Of a DNA stretch of 64,000 bases, positions 29,717 through 38,710 are shown piece after piece; position 1 is the first letter of the stretch; each line of letters opens with the position of its first letter. This DNA comes from an uncultured Acidobacteriota bacterium. Lineage in GTDB: Bacteria > Acidobacteriota > Thermoanaerobaculia > UBA5066 > Gp7-AA6. A program made the position numbers and the translations under genes. Below the pieces are notes generated by a model. It saw only the letters and a list, made by a program, of their open reading frames with translations. It did not search any database and was not told the origin of the DNA. The stretch covers positions 256,001-320,000 of the forward strand of contig CAVXTP010000021.1 of the NCBI GenBank assembly GCA_963764715.1, in the 5' to 3' direction.

Positions 29717-32101
29717 ATCGAAGCTCTCGCGCTCGGGCTGACCTACGCCGCCGCGGCGGCTCTCGCCGTGTGGCTCGCGCGGCGATTCGTGGGCGCCGTC
29801 CCGTGGCCGGCCGCGGCCGTCCTGGCGCTGCTTCCGCTCGTCTTCACGGGCGAGGCCTTTCTTCGGGGCGGTCTCTACGGGCCGGCGGACCTGTATCGGA
29901 CCTCGGACCCCTGGCGCGCGGGAGCCGACGCGCGGGGAGCGCCGGCGCCCGCCAACCCGATTCTCTCCGACCTCGCGTTCGCGAACCTGCCGTGGCGGGC
30001 GGCCGTGCGCGAGGCCGCCGCGAACGGCCGCTTCCCGTTCTGGAACCGGTTCGTGCTCGCCGGCAACCCGCTCCTCGGAACGGCGCAGGCCGGCATCCTG
30101 CATCCCGCGACCTGGCTCGGCCTGTGGCTGCCGCTGCCGCTCTCCTTCACGTTCTCGTGCGCCTTCACGCTCTTCCTCGCGCTCCTGTCGGCCTTCCTTT
30201 TCTTCTCCGACTTCCGTGTCGGCGCGCGCGCGGCCCTGGCCGGAGCCGTCGGCTGGGGATTCTCCACCTACGTGCTCTTCTGGGCCGGCTGGAGCGTGGG
30301 CCCCTCGACGGCGACGTTTCCGCTGCTTCTCCTGGGGCTGCGGCGTCTCGTCCGCGCGCCCGGCCGCGCGTCGGTCGGGCTGACGGCCGCGGCGCTGTGG
30401 CTGTCCTTCTGCGGAGGGCACCCGGAGTCGTTCTTCCACGGCGCGGCCGCCGGGTCCGCCTACTTCGCATGGGAGCTCGCCGGCGCCCGCGGCCGGAGGG
30501 CGGGCCAGGCGCTCGCGGCGGCGCTCGGCGCCGGAGGGCTCGCCCTTCTGCTTTCGGGCGTGCAGCTCTTTCCGCTCCTCGAGGCGATTCCGCGTTCCGC
30601 GGAGTATCGCGCGCGCCGCGCGGCGCTCCAGGCCGGCGGCGGCAGTCAGTCGGTGCCGCCCGTGGAGGCGGCGCGGCGGCTTCTGCCGGACGTCCTTCCC
30701 TTCGCCCACGGCCTCTACGGCAAGAGCCCCGTGCAGACGCCGCGCAACGACGGCTCCGGAATGCCGCTCGGCTACGCGGGGGCCGTCCTCTTTCCGCTGG
30801 CCCTCGCGGGTCTCGGGCGGGGCGCCGCGGTCGAGCGGGGGCGCTCGATCTTCCTCGCGTTCGCGCTCGCCGGTCTCGCCTACGGCGCGAGCGCCCCGGG
30901 CCTCCACGACCTGACCGCGAGGCTGCCGGGATTCGCGCTCGCGCTCAACTACCGTCTCGTCTTCCTCGCGGGGCTCGGGCTTTCGGGGCTGGCCGCGTTC
31001 GGGGTCGCCCGCCTCGAGACGGACGGCCGCGGCCGGCGACTGGCCCTCGCGGGCGCGGGCGTCGCCGCGGCGCTCCTCGTCGCCTTCCTCCTGGCGCGGC
31101 CGGTCTTCGCGGACCGGGCCCTTCCGCCGGGCTTCGTGACGGCGCAGTTTCTCTTCGAGATCCTCCCCGTCCTTCTGCTCGCCGCCGTCGCGGCGTCGCG
31201 CCGGCCGCCGCGCCAGGTCGCCTCGGCGGCCGTCGTGCTCCTCGCCCTGCAGCGCTTCCTCGAGATGCGCGGGGTGTATCCGACGCTCCCGGCCGCCTCG
31301 CTCGCTCCCGCGCTCCCCGGCCTCGCGGCGATCGCGAAGGCCGCCGCGGCCGATCCCGCGCGCGTCGTGGCCGCGGGAACGATCCTGCGGCCCAACGGCG
31401 CGACCCTCTACGGCCTCGAGGACGTGCGGGGTTACGAGTCGCTCGTGCTCGACCGGTTCGCGGACACGTACCCGCTGTGGTGCCGGGCGCAGCCCGCCTC
31501 CTACAACCTGGTGACCGACCTCGGCGCGCCGTTTCTCGCCTTCCTCAACGCGCGCTGGGCCGTCGGCGGACCGCGGGACCCGGCGCCTCCGGGATGGCGC
31601 GAGCGGGCCCGCGACGGCGAGATGGCCGTCTTCGAGAACCCGCGCGCTCTGCCGCGAGCCTTCGTTCCGCTCACCGTGCGGAACGAGCCGGACCCGGAGC
31701 GGCGGCTCGAAGCGATGGGGCGCGCGACCGAGTTCGGAGAGACCGCGTGGCTGTCCGGGCCCGCCGGCGGCGCCGCCGGAGAGCCCGGCGGAGAGGCGTC
31801 GCTCGAGCTGCGCGAGATCGGCCCCGACCTCTCGATCGAGGCCCGGGTCGAACGGCGCGCGTTCGTCGCGACGTCGCTTCCGGACTGGCCGGGATGGAGG
31901 GGCATGGACGGCGGGAACGGGATCCGGCTCGAGACGGTCAACCACGCCTTCGTCGGATTCTGGCTCGAGCCCGGCGCGCACTCCGTGCGCCTGTCCTATC
32001 GTCCCCCGTCCTGGCCCCTCGGTCTCGCCGCGTCGGCCGCGGGACTCCTCGTCTGCGGATGGATGGCGGCGGCGGGGCGCCGGGCGCCCGGCCATCCGTG
32101 A
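29717..32101 (+). CDS. YfhO-like polytopic membrane glycosyltransferase (GT-C fold), paralog 1
   Basis: Motifs PWR...P.WN...LAG.PL, GHPE, DVRGYE, ENP.ALPRAF and NHAF are shared with the two downstream paralogs. The coding-like frame extends upstream of GTG 29768 to ATC 29717, so the start is uncertain. Confidence 0.8.
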   Translation: MEALALGLTYAAAAALAVWLARRFVGAVPWPAAAVLALLPLVFTGEAFLRGGLYGPADLYRTSDPWRAGADARGAPAPANPILSDLAFANLPWRAAVREAAANGRFPFWNRFVLAGNPLLGTAQAGILHPATWLGLWLPLPLSFTFSCAFTLFLALLSAFLFFSDFRVGARAALAGAVGWGFSTYVLFWAGWSVGPSTATFPLLLLGLRRLVRAPGRASVGLTAAALWLSFCGGHPESFFHGAAAGSAYFAWELAGARGRRAGQALAAALGAGGLALLLSGVQLFPLLEAIPRSAEYRARRAALQAGGGSQSVPPVEAARRLLPDVLPFAHGLYGKSPVQTPRNDGSGMPLGYAGAVLFPLALAGLGRGAAVERGRSIFLAFALAGLAYGASAPGLHDLTARLPGFALALNYRLVFLAGLGLSGLAAFGVARLETDGRGRRLALAGAGVAAALLVAFLLARPVFADRALPPGFVTAQFLFEILPVLLLAAVAASRRPPRQVASAAVVLLALQRFLEMRGVYPTLPAASLAPALPGLAAIAKAAAADPARVVAAGTILRPNGATLYGLEDVRGYESLVLDRFADTYPLWCRAQPASYNLVTDLGAPFLAFLNARWAVGGPRDPAPPGWRERARDGEMAVFENPRALPRAFVPLTVRNEPDPERRLEAMGRATEFGETAWLSGPAGGAAGEPGGEASLELREIGPDLSIEARVERRAFVATSLPDWPGWRGMDGGNGIRLETVNHAFVGFWLEPGAHSVRLSYRPPSWPLGLAASAAGLLVCGWMAAAGRRAPGHP

Positions 32102-34461
32102 TCCTCGTCGCCCGTTCCCTCGCGGTGTACGCCGCCTCCGCGGCGCTTCTCCTGTGGCTCGCGCACCGGTTCGTCCTTCCCTTGCCGCGGCGGATCGCGT
32201 TCCTGCTCGCGGCCGCTCCTCTCCTCTTCACGGGCCGCGCGATCTTCACCGGCGGCGTCTACGGACCGATCGACATCCTCTACAACGGCTATCCGTTCGG
32301 CTCGCTTCGGCAGGAGCTCTCCGTCGCGGCGGACCGGACCCCGCTTCTGTCCGACATCGTCTACCAGCAGATCCCGTGGCGCGCGGCCGTGCGCGAGGCG
32401 CTCGCCGACGGACGGCCTCCGCTCTGGAACCCGCACGTCCTGGCGGGGGAGCCGCTCTCGGCGGTCGCGCAGTCGGCCGTCCTGCATCCCGGGACGCTCC
32501 TCGGAATGCTCCTGCCCCTGCCCCAGGCCTGGACGTTCGACGTGACCCTGCGGCTCCTGATCGCACTTTTGGCGGCGTATCTCTTCCTGCGCGAGCTCGG
32601 GTGCGGCGCCGGCGGAGCGCTCTTCGGCGCGCTCGGCTGGGCATTCTCGAACTGGATGATCTTCTTTCTCGGCGTTCCGCCGATGCCGGCGGCGGCGCCG
32701 GTCCCGCTCCTCCTGCTCGGCGTCCGGCGCGTCGTCCGGCAGCCCGGCGCCCCCGGTGCCGCGATCGCCGCCGTGGCCGTATTCCTGATCGCCGCGGCGG
32801 GACACCCCGAGACGCTGCTGCACGCCGGCTTCGGCGCCGGTCTGTACGGGCTCTTCGAGCTCGCCGGCGCACGGATCGCGAGCCGGGCCCGGTCCCTGGC
32901 GTGGGCGGCCTTCGCGGCGGTCTTCGGGCTCGGGCTCTCGGCCGTGGTCCTCGGGCCGGTGGCCGAGGCCCTCCCGCACACGCAGGAGCACTTCCTGCGC
33001 ATGAATTGGTACGCGAAGCAGTCGCGGTCGGTGCCGGGCCCGCAGAGCCTCGCCCGCCTGACGCCGCAGGTCGTTCCGTACGCCGTCGGTGTCTCGGGGC
33101 GCGGCCGGGTGCTCGAGGGCTTTCACGAGCCGTCGGCCTACGCCGGCGCGCTGCTCTTCCCGCTCGCGTTCGCGGGCCTCTTCGCGCGCAACCGCGACCG
33201 CTGGTTCTTTCTGGGCGTCGGAGCGCTCGGCCTCGCCGTCTGGACGAAGACGCCGGCGGCCGACGCGCTCGCGAAGCTCCCGCTCTTCGACATCGCCCTG
33301 AACGAGCGCATGCTGCTCTGGACTCTCCTCGCGCTCTGCGTCCTGGCCGCCCTCGGCGCCGACCGCCTCGGCGAGGGTGAGGGCGCTCCGGGCGTGGTCG
33401 CGGGCGGGCTCGCGACGCTCGGCCTCGTCCTCGGGCTCTTCGTCCGGGCCGAGCCGCGCCTCGCGGCCCTCGGAATGCCCGCCGCGTTCGCCCGCGAGCG
33501 GCTGCTCCTGCAGGTCGTCCCGCTCGTCGCCGGGATCGCTCTCGCTGCGGCGCTCGGGCGCCGGCGCAACAAGCTCGTCCTTCCGGCGCTCCTCGTCCTT
33601 CTCGCCGGCTCGCGCGTTCTCGAGGAGGGCGCCACGCACCCCACGATGGCCGCGAAGGCCTTCTACCCGCGCTTTCCGGTCCTCGACGCCGTCCCGAGAG
33701 GCTCCGGCGAGCGCATCGCGGGCGTGGGCAACGCGCTCATCCCGAACACGGCGTCCGTCTACGGCCTCGACGACGTCCGCGGATACGAGGCCATGACGCT
33801 GCGGCGCTTCCACGAGACCTTCCCGCTCTGGTGCGTGGAGCAGCCGGTCTGGTTCAACCGGATCGACGACCCGACGCGGCCCTTCCTCGCGTTTCTCGCG
33901 GCGCGGTGGGTCCTCGCGGAGGCCGGCTTCCCGCCGCCGCCGGGCTGGACGACGCGGGCGGAGGGCGCGGGCCTGCGCCTGCTCGAAAACCCCGGGGCGC
34001 TTCCGCTCGCCTTCGCGCCCCGCCGCTATCGCAGCGAGCCCGAGCCCGCGCGGCGGCTGCAAGCCCTCGGCTCGATCGAGAACTTCGGCGAGCGCGGGAT
34101 CGTCGAGGACGGACCGGCGGGAGACTGGATCGAGAACGGCGAGGCGAGCGTCGTGATCGCCTCCGCGAGCGCCGGCCTTCTCGACCTGCGCATCGACGCC
34201 CGGTCGCCGGCCCTCGTCGCGGCGTCGCTGCCGGCGTGGCCGGGCTGGCGGGCCGAGGTCGACGGGTCGCGGACCGGCGTGCTGACCTACAACCACGCGT
34301 TCCTCGCGGTCCGCGTTCCAGCCGGCCGGCACCATCTCGCGCTGCGCTACTCGCCCGACGGGTTTCGATACGGGGCGGCCGTGAGCCTCGCGACGCTCGC
34401 GGCGGGAGCGGTGATTCTGCGGCGCTCTCGCCGGAGAAAACCGGGGGAGAATCCGGCGTAG
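32098..34461 (+). CDS. YfhO-like polytopic membrane glycosyltransferase, paralog 2
   Basis: GTG start overlaps the upstream TGA; same motif set; about 787 aa. Confidence 0.82.
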   Translation: MILVARSLAVYAASAALLLWLAHRFVLPLPRRIAFLLAAAPLLFTGRAIFTGGVYGPIDILYNGYPFGSLRQELSVAADRTPLLSDIVYQQIPWRAAVREALADGRPPLWNPHVLAGEPLSAVAQSAVLHPGTLLGMLLPLPQAWTFDVTLRLLIALLAAYLFLRELGCGAGGALFGALGWAFSNWMIFFLGVPPMPAAAPVPLLLLGVRRVVRQPGAPGAAIAAVAVFLIAAAGHPETLLHAGFGAGLYGLFELAGARIASRARSLAWAAFAAVFGLGLSAVVLGPVAEALPHTQEHFLRMNWYAKQSRSVPGPQSLARLTPQVVPYAVGVSGRGRVLEGFHEPSAYAGALLFPLAFAGLFARNRDRWFFLGVGALGLAVWTKTPAADALAKLPLFDIALNERMLLWTLLALCVLAALGADRLGEGEGAPGVVAGGLATLGLVLGLFVRAEPRLAALGMPAAFARERLLLQVVPLVAGIALAAALGRRRNKLVLPALLVLLAGSRVLEEGATHPTMAAKAFYPRFPVLDAVPRGSGERIAGVGNALIPNTASVYGLDDVRGYEAMTLRRFHETFPLWCVEQPVWFNRIDDPTRPFLAFLAARWVLAEAGFPPPPGWTTRAEGAGLRLLENPGALPLAFAPRRYRSEPEPARRLQALGSIENFGERGIVEDGPAGDWIENGEASVVIASASAGLLDLRIDARSPALVAASLPAWPGWRAEVDGSRTGVLTYNHAFLAVRVPAGRHHLALRYSPDGFRYGAAVSLATLAAGAVILRRSRRRKPGENPA

Positions 34462-36860
34462 TGGCTTTCGTCGTCCTCCGGTCCCTCGCCGTCTACGGGG
34501 CGACGGCCTCGATCGCGCTCTGGCTCGCGAACCGCTTCGCCGCGCCCGTCCGGAGGCGGACGGCGCTCCTGCTGGCGGCGGCGCCGCTCCTGCTGACGGG
34601 ACGGGCGCTCCTCTCGGGCGGCGTCATGGCCCCGCTCGACATCGTGTACCAGGCGGAGCCGTTCCACGACCTGCGCTCGCGCTACGGGATCGAGCGGGTG
34701 GTCAATCCGCTCCTCGTCGACGTGGCGTCGCAGATGCTTCCCTGGAGGCAGGCCGTCCGCGAGGCGGTCTTCGAGGGCCGGCTCCCGCTCTGGAACCCGC
34801 ACATGCTGGCGGGGGAGCCGCTCGCCGCGGTCCAGCAGCCGGCGGTCCTGTATCCGGGCACGTGGATCGGATTCCTCCTTCCGCCGCCCCAGGCCTGGAC
34901 CTTCGACCTGACGCTCCGGATCTTTCTCGCTCTGCTCTTCGGTTACGTCTTCTTCCGCGGCTGCGGCGCGGGGGAGGCGTCGGCCCTGCTCGGCGCGGCG
35001 GCGTGGGGTTTCTCGGACTTTCTCGTCTTCTTCGTCGGGTATCCCGTCGGGGCGAGCGTCGCGGCGTTCCCGCTCCTGCTGCTCGGGCTCCGGCGGCTCG
35101 CCGAGCGGGCGGACCGGCGCGCGGCCGGCCTGACGGTCGCCTCGCTCGTCCTCATCGCGGTGGCGGGCCACCCCGAGACGCTTCTCTTTGCCGTCGCCGG
35201 CGGGGGGGTCGCGTTTCTCTTCGAGCTCTCGCAGGCGCCGGCGTCCCGCCGCCGCCGCGCCCTCGGCCTCGCGCTGCTCTCGGGCGCGCTGGCGTTGGGG
35301 CTTACGGCCGTCGTCCTCCTGCCGTTCGCCGAGATCGTTCCCCAGACGTGGCAGCACGTGATCCGGCGCGACCTCTATGCCCGCGGCAGCCGGTCGGAGC
35401 CGCCTCTCGAAAGCCTGAGGCGGGTGGTCCTGAGCCTGGTTCCGTACGCCTACGGCCGGCTCGGCCGGAGCGAGGTCATTCCGCGCCTCATGGTCCCGGC
35501 CGGCTATGCGGGGGCGCTCCTGCTGCCGCTCGCGCTGGCGGGAATCTCCGCGCGCGACCGGCGCCGCTGGCTCTGGGCGGGCCTCGCGCTTTTCGGCCTC
35601 GCCCTCCACGCCCGCCTGTACGGCCTGACCGAGGCCATCGTGGCGCTGCCGCTCTTCGACATCGCGATCGGCGATTACTTCGTATTCCTCTGGGTCTTCG
35701 GCCTGGCCGCGCTCGCGGTCCTCGGCGCCGAGGAGCTGCGCGCGGGCCGGGGAACGCGGGCCTTCGTCCTCGGCGCGATCGTCGCGGTGGCCCTGACGCT
35801 CTTCGTTTCCCGGTATCGCGCCGCGGGACTCGAGGCCCTCCGGATGAGCGCCGGCGACCTCCGTGACCGGGTGCTGCTGCAGGTCGTCCCCGTGCTCGCC
35901 GGCCTCGTCCTCGTTCTCGTGGGCGCTCGGCGGCGACGGTTCGGCACGGCCCTCGTGGCTTCGCTCGCCTCCGTGTTGCTCGCGGCGCGGACCGCGGAGC
36001 AGTGGGACGTCTATCCGACCTACCCGGCGGCGGCGTTCTACCCGAAGCTCGAGCTGCTCGACCCGATCCCCCGCGGCGAGCCCGTGCGCATGACCGCGCT
36101 CTGGCACGCCTTCACGCCGAACGCGGCCGCGATGTACGGGATCGAGGACGTGCGCGGCTACGAAGCCATGCTGTTCGGACCTTACGTCGAGACCTACTCG
36201 CTCTGGTGCGATCCTCCCGGCCTCTACTTCAGCCGGGTGACCGATCCGACCCGCCCCTTTCTCTCGTTCCTGAACGTGCGCTACGTCCTGTCTCCCTCCG
36301 GCGTCGCCGTCCCCGACGGCTGGAAGGTCCTTTCGGAAAGCCACGGCCTGCGCCTGCTCGAGAACCCGAAGGTGCTCGAACGGGCGTTCGTGCCGCGCCA
36401 CGTCCTCTGGACCGACGATCCCAAACTGCATCTCTGGGCGCTCGCTCGGATCCCGGACTTCCGGAACGACGGGATCGCCGGCGGGAAGACATCCGGCCGC
36501 GTCGGATGGCAGCACAACGGGCGGGCGCGCCTGGAGACGAAAGCGTACGCGGGCTCGCGCCTCGAGCTCGAGGTGGAGGCGCCGGAGGAGACCTTCGTCG
36601 GGACGTCGATCCCGGCATGGCATGGATGGAAGCTCCGGATCGACGGCGCTCCCGCCCGCCTCCATCCCTTCAACCACGCCTTCCTCGGATTCGAGGCGCC
36701 GCCCGGCCGCCACCGGGCGGTGCTCGTTTATCGGCCCGACGGCTTCGTGTGGGGCGCCGCGATCAGCCTGGCGTCGCTCCTGGCGTGTGCGCTTCTCGCC
36801 CGGCGACGTCCGTCTCCGGGCACGCCGCCGCGACCGCCAGAAGCATCGCGATCGGCGTGA
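34461..36860 (+). CDS. YfhO-like polytopic membrane glycosyltransferase, paralog 3
   Basis: TAGTG stop/start overlap; same motif set; about 799 aa. Confidence 0.82.
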   Translation: MAFVVLRSLAVYGATASIALWLANRFAAPVRRRTALLLAAAPLLLTGRALLSGGVMAPLDIVYQAEPFHDLRSRYGIERVVNPLLVDVASQMLPWRQAVREAVFEGRLPLWNPHMLAGEPLAAVQQPAVLYPGTWIGFLLPPPQAWTFDLTLRIFLALLFGYVFFRGCGAGEASALLGAAAWGFSDFLVFFVGYPVGASVAAFPLLLLGLRRLAERADRRAAGLTVASLVLIAVAGHPETLLFAVAGGGVAFLFELSQAPASRRRRALGLALLSGALALGLTAVVLLPFAEIVPQTWQHVIRRDLYARGSRSEPPLESLRRVVLSLVPYAYGRLGRSEVIPRLMVPAGYAGALLLPLALAGISARDRRRWLWAGLALFGLALHARLYGLTEAIVALPLFDIAIGDYFVFLWVFGLAALAVLGAEELRAGRGTRAFVLGAIVAVALTLFVSRYRAAGLEALRMSAGDLRDRVLLQVVPVLAGLVLVLVGARRRRFGTALVASLASVLLAARTAEQWDVYPTYPAAAFYPKLELLDPIPRGEPVRMTALWHAFTPNAAAMYGIEDVRGYEAMLFGPYVETYSLWCDPPGLYFSRVTDPTRPFLSFLNVRYVLSPSGVAVPDGWKVLSESHGLRLLENPKVLERAFVPRHVLWTDDPKLHLWALARIPDFRNDGIAGGKTSGRVGWQHNGRARLETKAYAGSRLELEVEAPEETFVGTSIPAWHGWKLRIDGAPARLHPFNHAFLGFEAPPGRHRAVLVYRPDGFVWGAAISLASLLACALLARRRPSPGTPPRPPEASRSA

Positions 36861-38121
36861 AGATCCGCGCCGCGGACCACGAGATCCAGAGCGACGGGTC
36901 TTCCGGGCGGTGCAGGTACGTGAACACGAAGAACGCTCCCAGGACGGCCGCCGTCGAGAGCGGAACGACCGCGCGGCGCGCCAGCGGAAGGGACGCGAGG
37001 ACGACGAGCAACGGGACGATCCAGGGCAGCCCGTGGCCCGCCGCCAGCAGATTCACGAGAATCGTCTTGACGACGGCAGCGAGTCGGGCGGGGTAGAGGT
37101 CGAGGAACCGGCCGCTCTCGGAATAACCGGTGAAGAGGCCCCTCGAGGCGCCGAACGCGAACCACACGCCGAGGGCGGCGGCCGACGGACCGAGCAGCGT
37201 GACGAGCGATGGCAGTGCTCCGCGCCCGGGCCGGCGCCGCGCGAGCACGGCGAGCCCCGCGGCCGCCACGGCGAAGGGAAGGCCCTCGACTTTCGTGACG
37301 GCGGCGCCTGCGAGGAGTATCCCGGCGAGAAGCTGCGTCGGCCGCTCCGACGCGAAGGGCGAGAGAAGCAGCGCCATGGCCAGCGTTTCGAACAGCAGCA
37401 GGGGCATCTCGCCGTTTCCGCCGATGTCGGCCTCCATCCCGGCGCAGGCGATCGCGGAGACGGCGAGCGCCGAGACCGCGGCCCCCCGCGCGCGCCCGAC
37501 GCTCCGGTCGAGCATTCCCGGCAGCCCGAGAGCGAGCGCTGCCAGCAGCGCCGGGAACGTCAGGATCGCCGCCGTCCAGGGGAGACGGCCGGCCGCCATC
37601 GAGGCGAACGCGTAGAGGTTCGTGACGAGCGGCGGGTAGTAGGGATGCATGAACCGGTGGAAGACGTTTCCGAGGAACCCGGGATCGATCGTCCGGGCCA
37701 TCGCGTAGGCCTGCGCCTTGGGGCCCCAGAAGAAGAGGAGGTCGGGCGAGCTCGCGGCGCCCGAAACGGCGGCGACGAAAGCCGCGGCGACCGCCGCGAC
37801 GGAGACGACGTGGGCGAGCCGGCGCCCGACGGGACCCGCGTCGTCCGCGTCCGGCGCCGCGGCGGCCGGGGACGCCGGACCCGCGAGCCGCCTCAGGACC
37901 CAGGCGAGAACGGCCGAGGCGAGCACCAGGACGCCCGTTCGCCACTTCACGCCGACGAGCACGGCGACCGTCATCGTGAAGGACAGAATCGCCGCGCCCG
38001 CCGCGCCGGACAAAGCCAGGCGCGCCGCCGCGGAGAAGCGCCGGAAGGCGGGGTGGGAAACGAGCGGCCACCCGCAGATCGGAAGCAGGAGATAGGCCGC
38101 GAGCCACAGGAGTCCCGTCAC
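36763..38121 (-). CDS. Polytopic membrane protein, putative GT-C-like glycosyltransferase
   Basis: More than 10 hydrophobic segments; D..FFWGPKA, HPYYPPL and TKVEG motifs. GTGA-coupled to the upstream gene; overlaps paralog 3 convergently by 98 bp. Confidence 0.7.
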   Translation of the reverse strand: MTGLLWLAAYLLLPICGWPLVSHPAFRRFSAAARLALSGAAGAAILSFTMTVAVLVGVKWRTGVLVLASAVLAWVLRRLAGPASPAAAAPDADDAGPVGRRLAHVVSVAAVAAAFVAAVSGAASSPDLLFFWGPKAQAYAMARTIDPGFLGNVFHRFMHPYYPPLVTNLYAFASMAAGRLPWTAAILTFPALLAALALGLPGMLDRSVGRARGAAVSALAVSAIACAGMEADIGGNGEMPLLLFETLAMALLLSPFASERPTQLLAGILLAGAAVTKVEGLPFAVAAAGLAVLARRRPGRGALPSLVTLLGPSAAALGVWFAFGASRGLFTGYSESGRFLDLYPARLAAVVKTILVNLLAAGHGLPWIVPLLVVLASLPLARRAVVPLSTAAVLGAFFVFTYLHRPEDPSLWISWSAARIFTPIAMLLAVAAACPETDVAGREAHTPGATPG

Positions 38122-38561
38122 GGGACGTCCCGGCGCCAGACGGAGCCCTCGGCGGTCTCCAGGACGAGCCGGCCGGGTGGCGGCGCAGGCCGCGGTCCGA
38201 CGACGACCATGTACTGCGCCTCCTTCCAGGCCCCCGGGTCGAGGAAGCCGCCGTAGGAGGCTGAGGGCAGGACGTGGCGGCCGGGAAGAAGCGAGATCGC
38301 GAAACGGTGGAAGTACGTCTCCTGGATCGCGTTCGGCGGCTCGGTGCGCGCGACGACCGAGGCGCCGTCGGGAATCGCCGCCCGCGCGGCCGTCAGCATG
38401 GCGTAGAGCGGCGCGACCGAGCTCGCCGCGCTCCGGTCGAACGGCGTCCGCGGCCGGCGCAAGAGGCCGTCCTTCCACGGAAGGCTGGTGATCGCGAAGC
38501 CGGCGAGGACGGCGGCGCCGAGGAGGGGCGCGAGGAGGCGGAACGTCTGGCGGCCGGGCAA
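38118..38561 (-). CDS. Hypothetical protein with N-terminal membrane anchor
   Basis: Hydrophobic N-terminus; TACAAT 7 nt upstream of TTG; coupled to the downstream gene. Confidence 0.65.
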   Translation of the reverse strand: MPGRQTFRLLAPLLGAAVLAGFAITSLPWKDGLLRRPRTPFDRSAASSVAPLYAMLTAARAAIPDGASVVARTEPPNAIQETYFHRFAISLLPGRHVLPSASYGGFLDPGAWKEAQYMVVVGPRPAPPPGRLVLETAEGSVWRRDVP

Positions 38562-38578
38562 CGAAGCGATTGTAGCCG

Positions 38579-38710
38579 CTAGTGTTGTGTCACCGAAGTT
38601 TCGATAGCGCCATTCGGCGTCGAGACAACCACCGTGGCCCTCGCTCTCGGGCCTTCCTGCGTCTTTCGAGCAAAGAGATCGATAGCATGACTTCGGTTGC
38701 AGGCCGCTAG
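38579..38710. mobile_element. Putative non-autonomous MITE (IS630-like ends), about 130 bp
   Basis: CTAG at both ends; imperfect terminal IRs CTAGTGTTGTGTCACCGAAGT / ACTTCGGTTGCAGGCCGCTAG; lower GC than the flanks; no ORF. Confidence 0.55.

Noticed and set aside
6197-34461. Very long alternative ORFs in the track (e.g. 6197..9931, 12289..15378, 16268..18934, the N-terminal half of 29770..34461)
   Set aside because: They are Arg/Ala/Pro-rich or antisense shadow frames of recognisable genes, as expected at very high GC, and carry no motifs.
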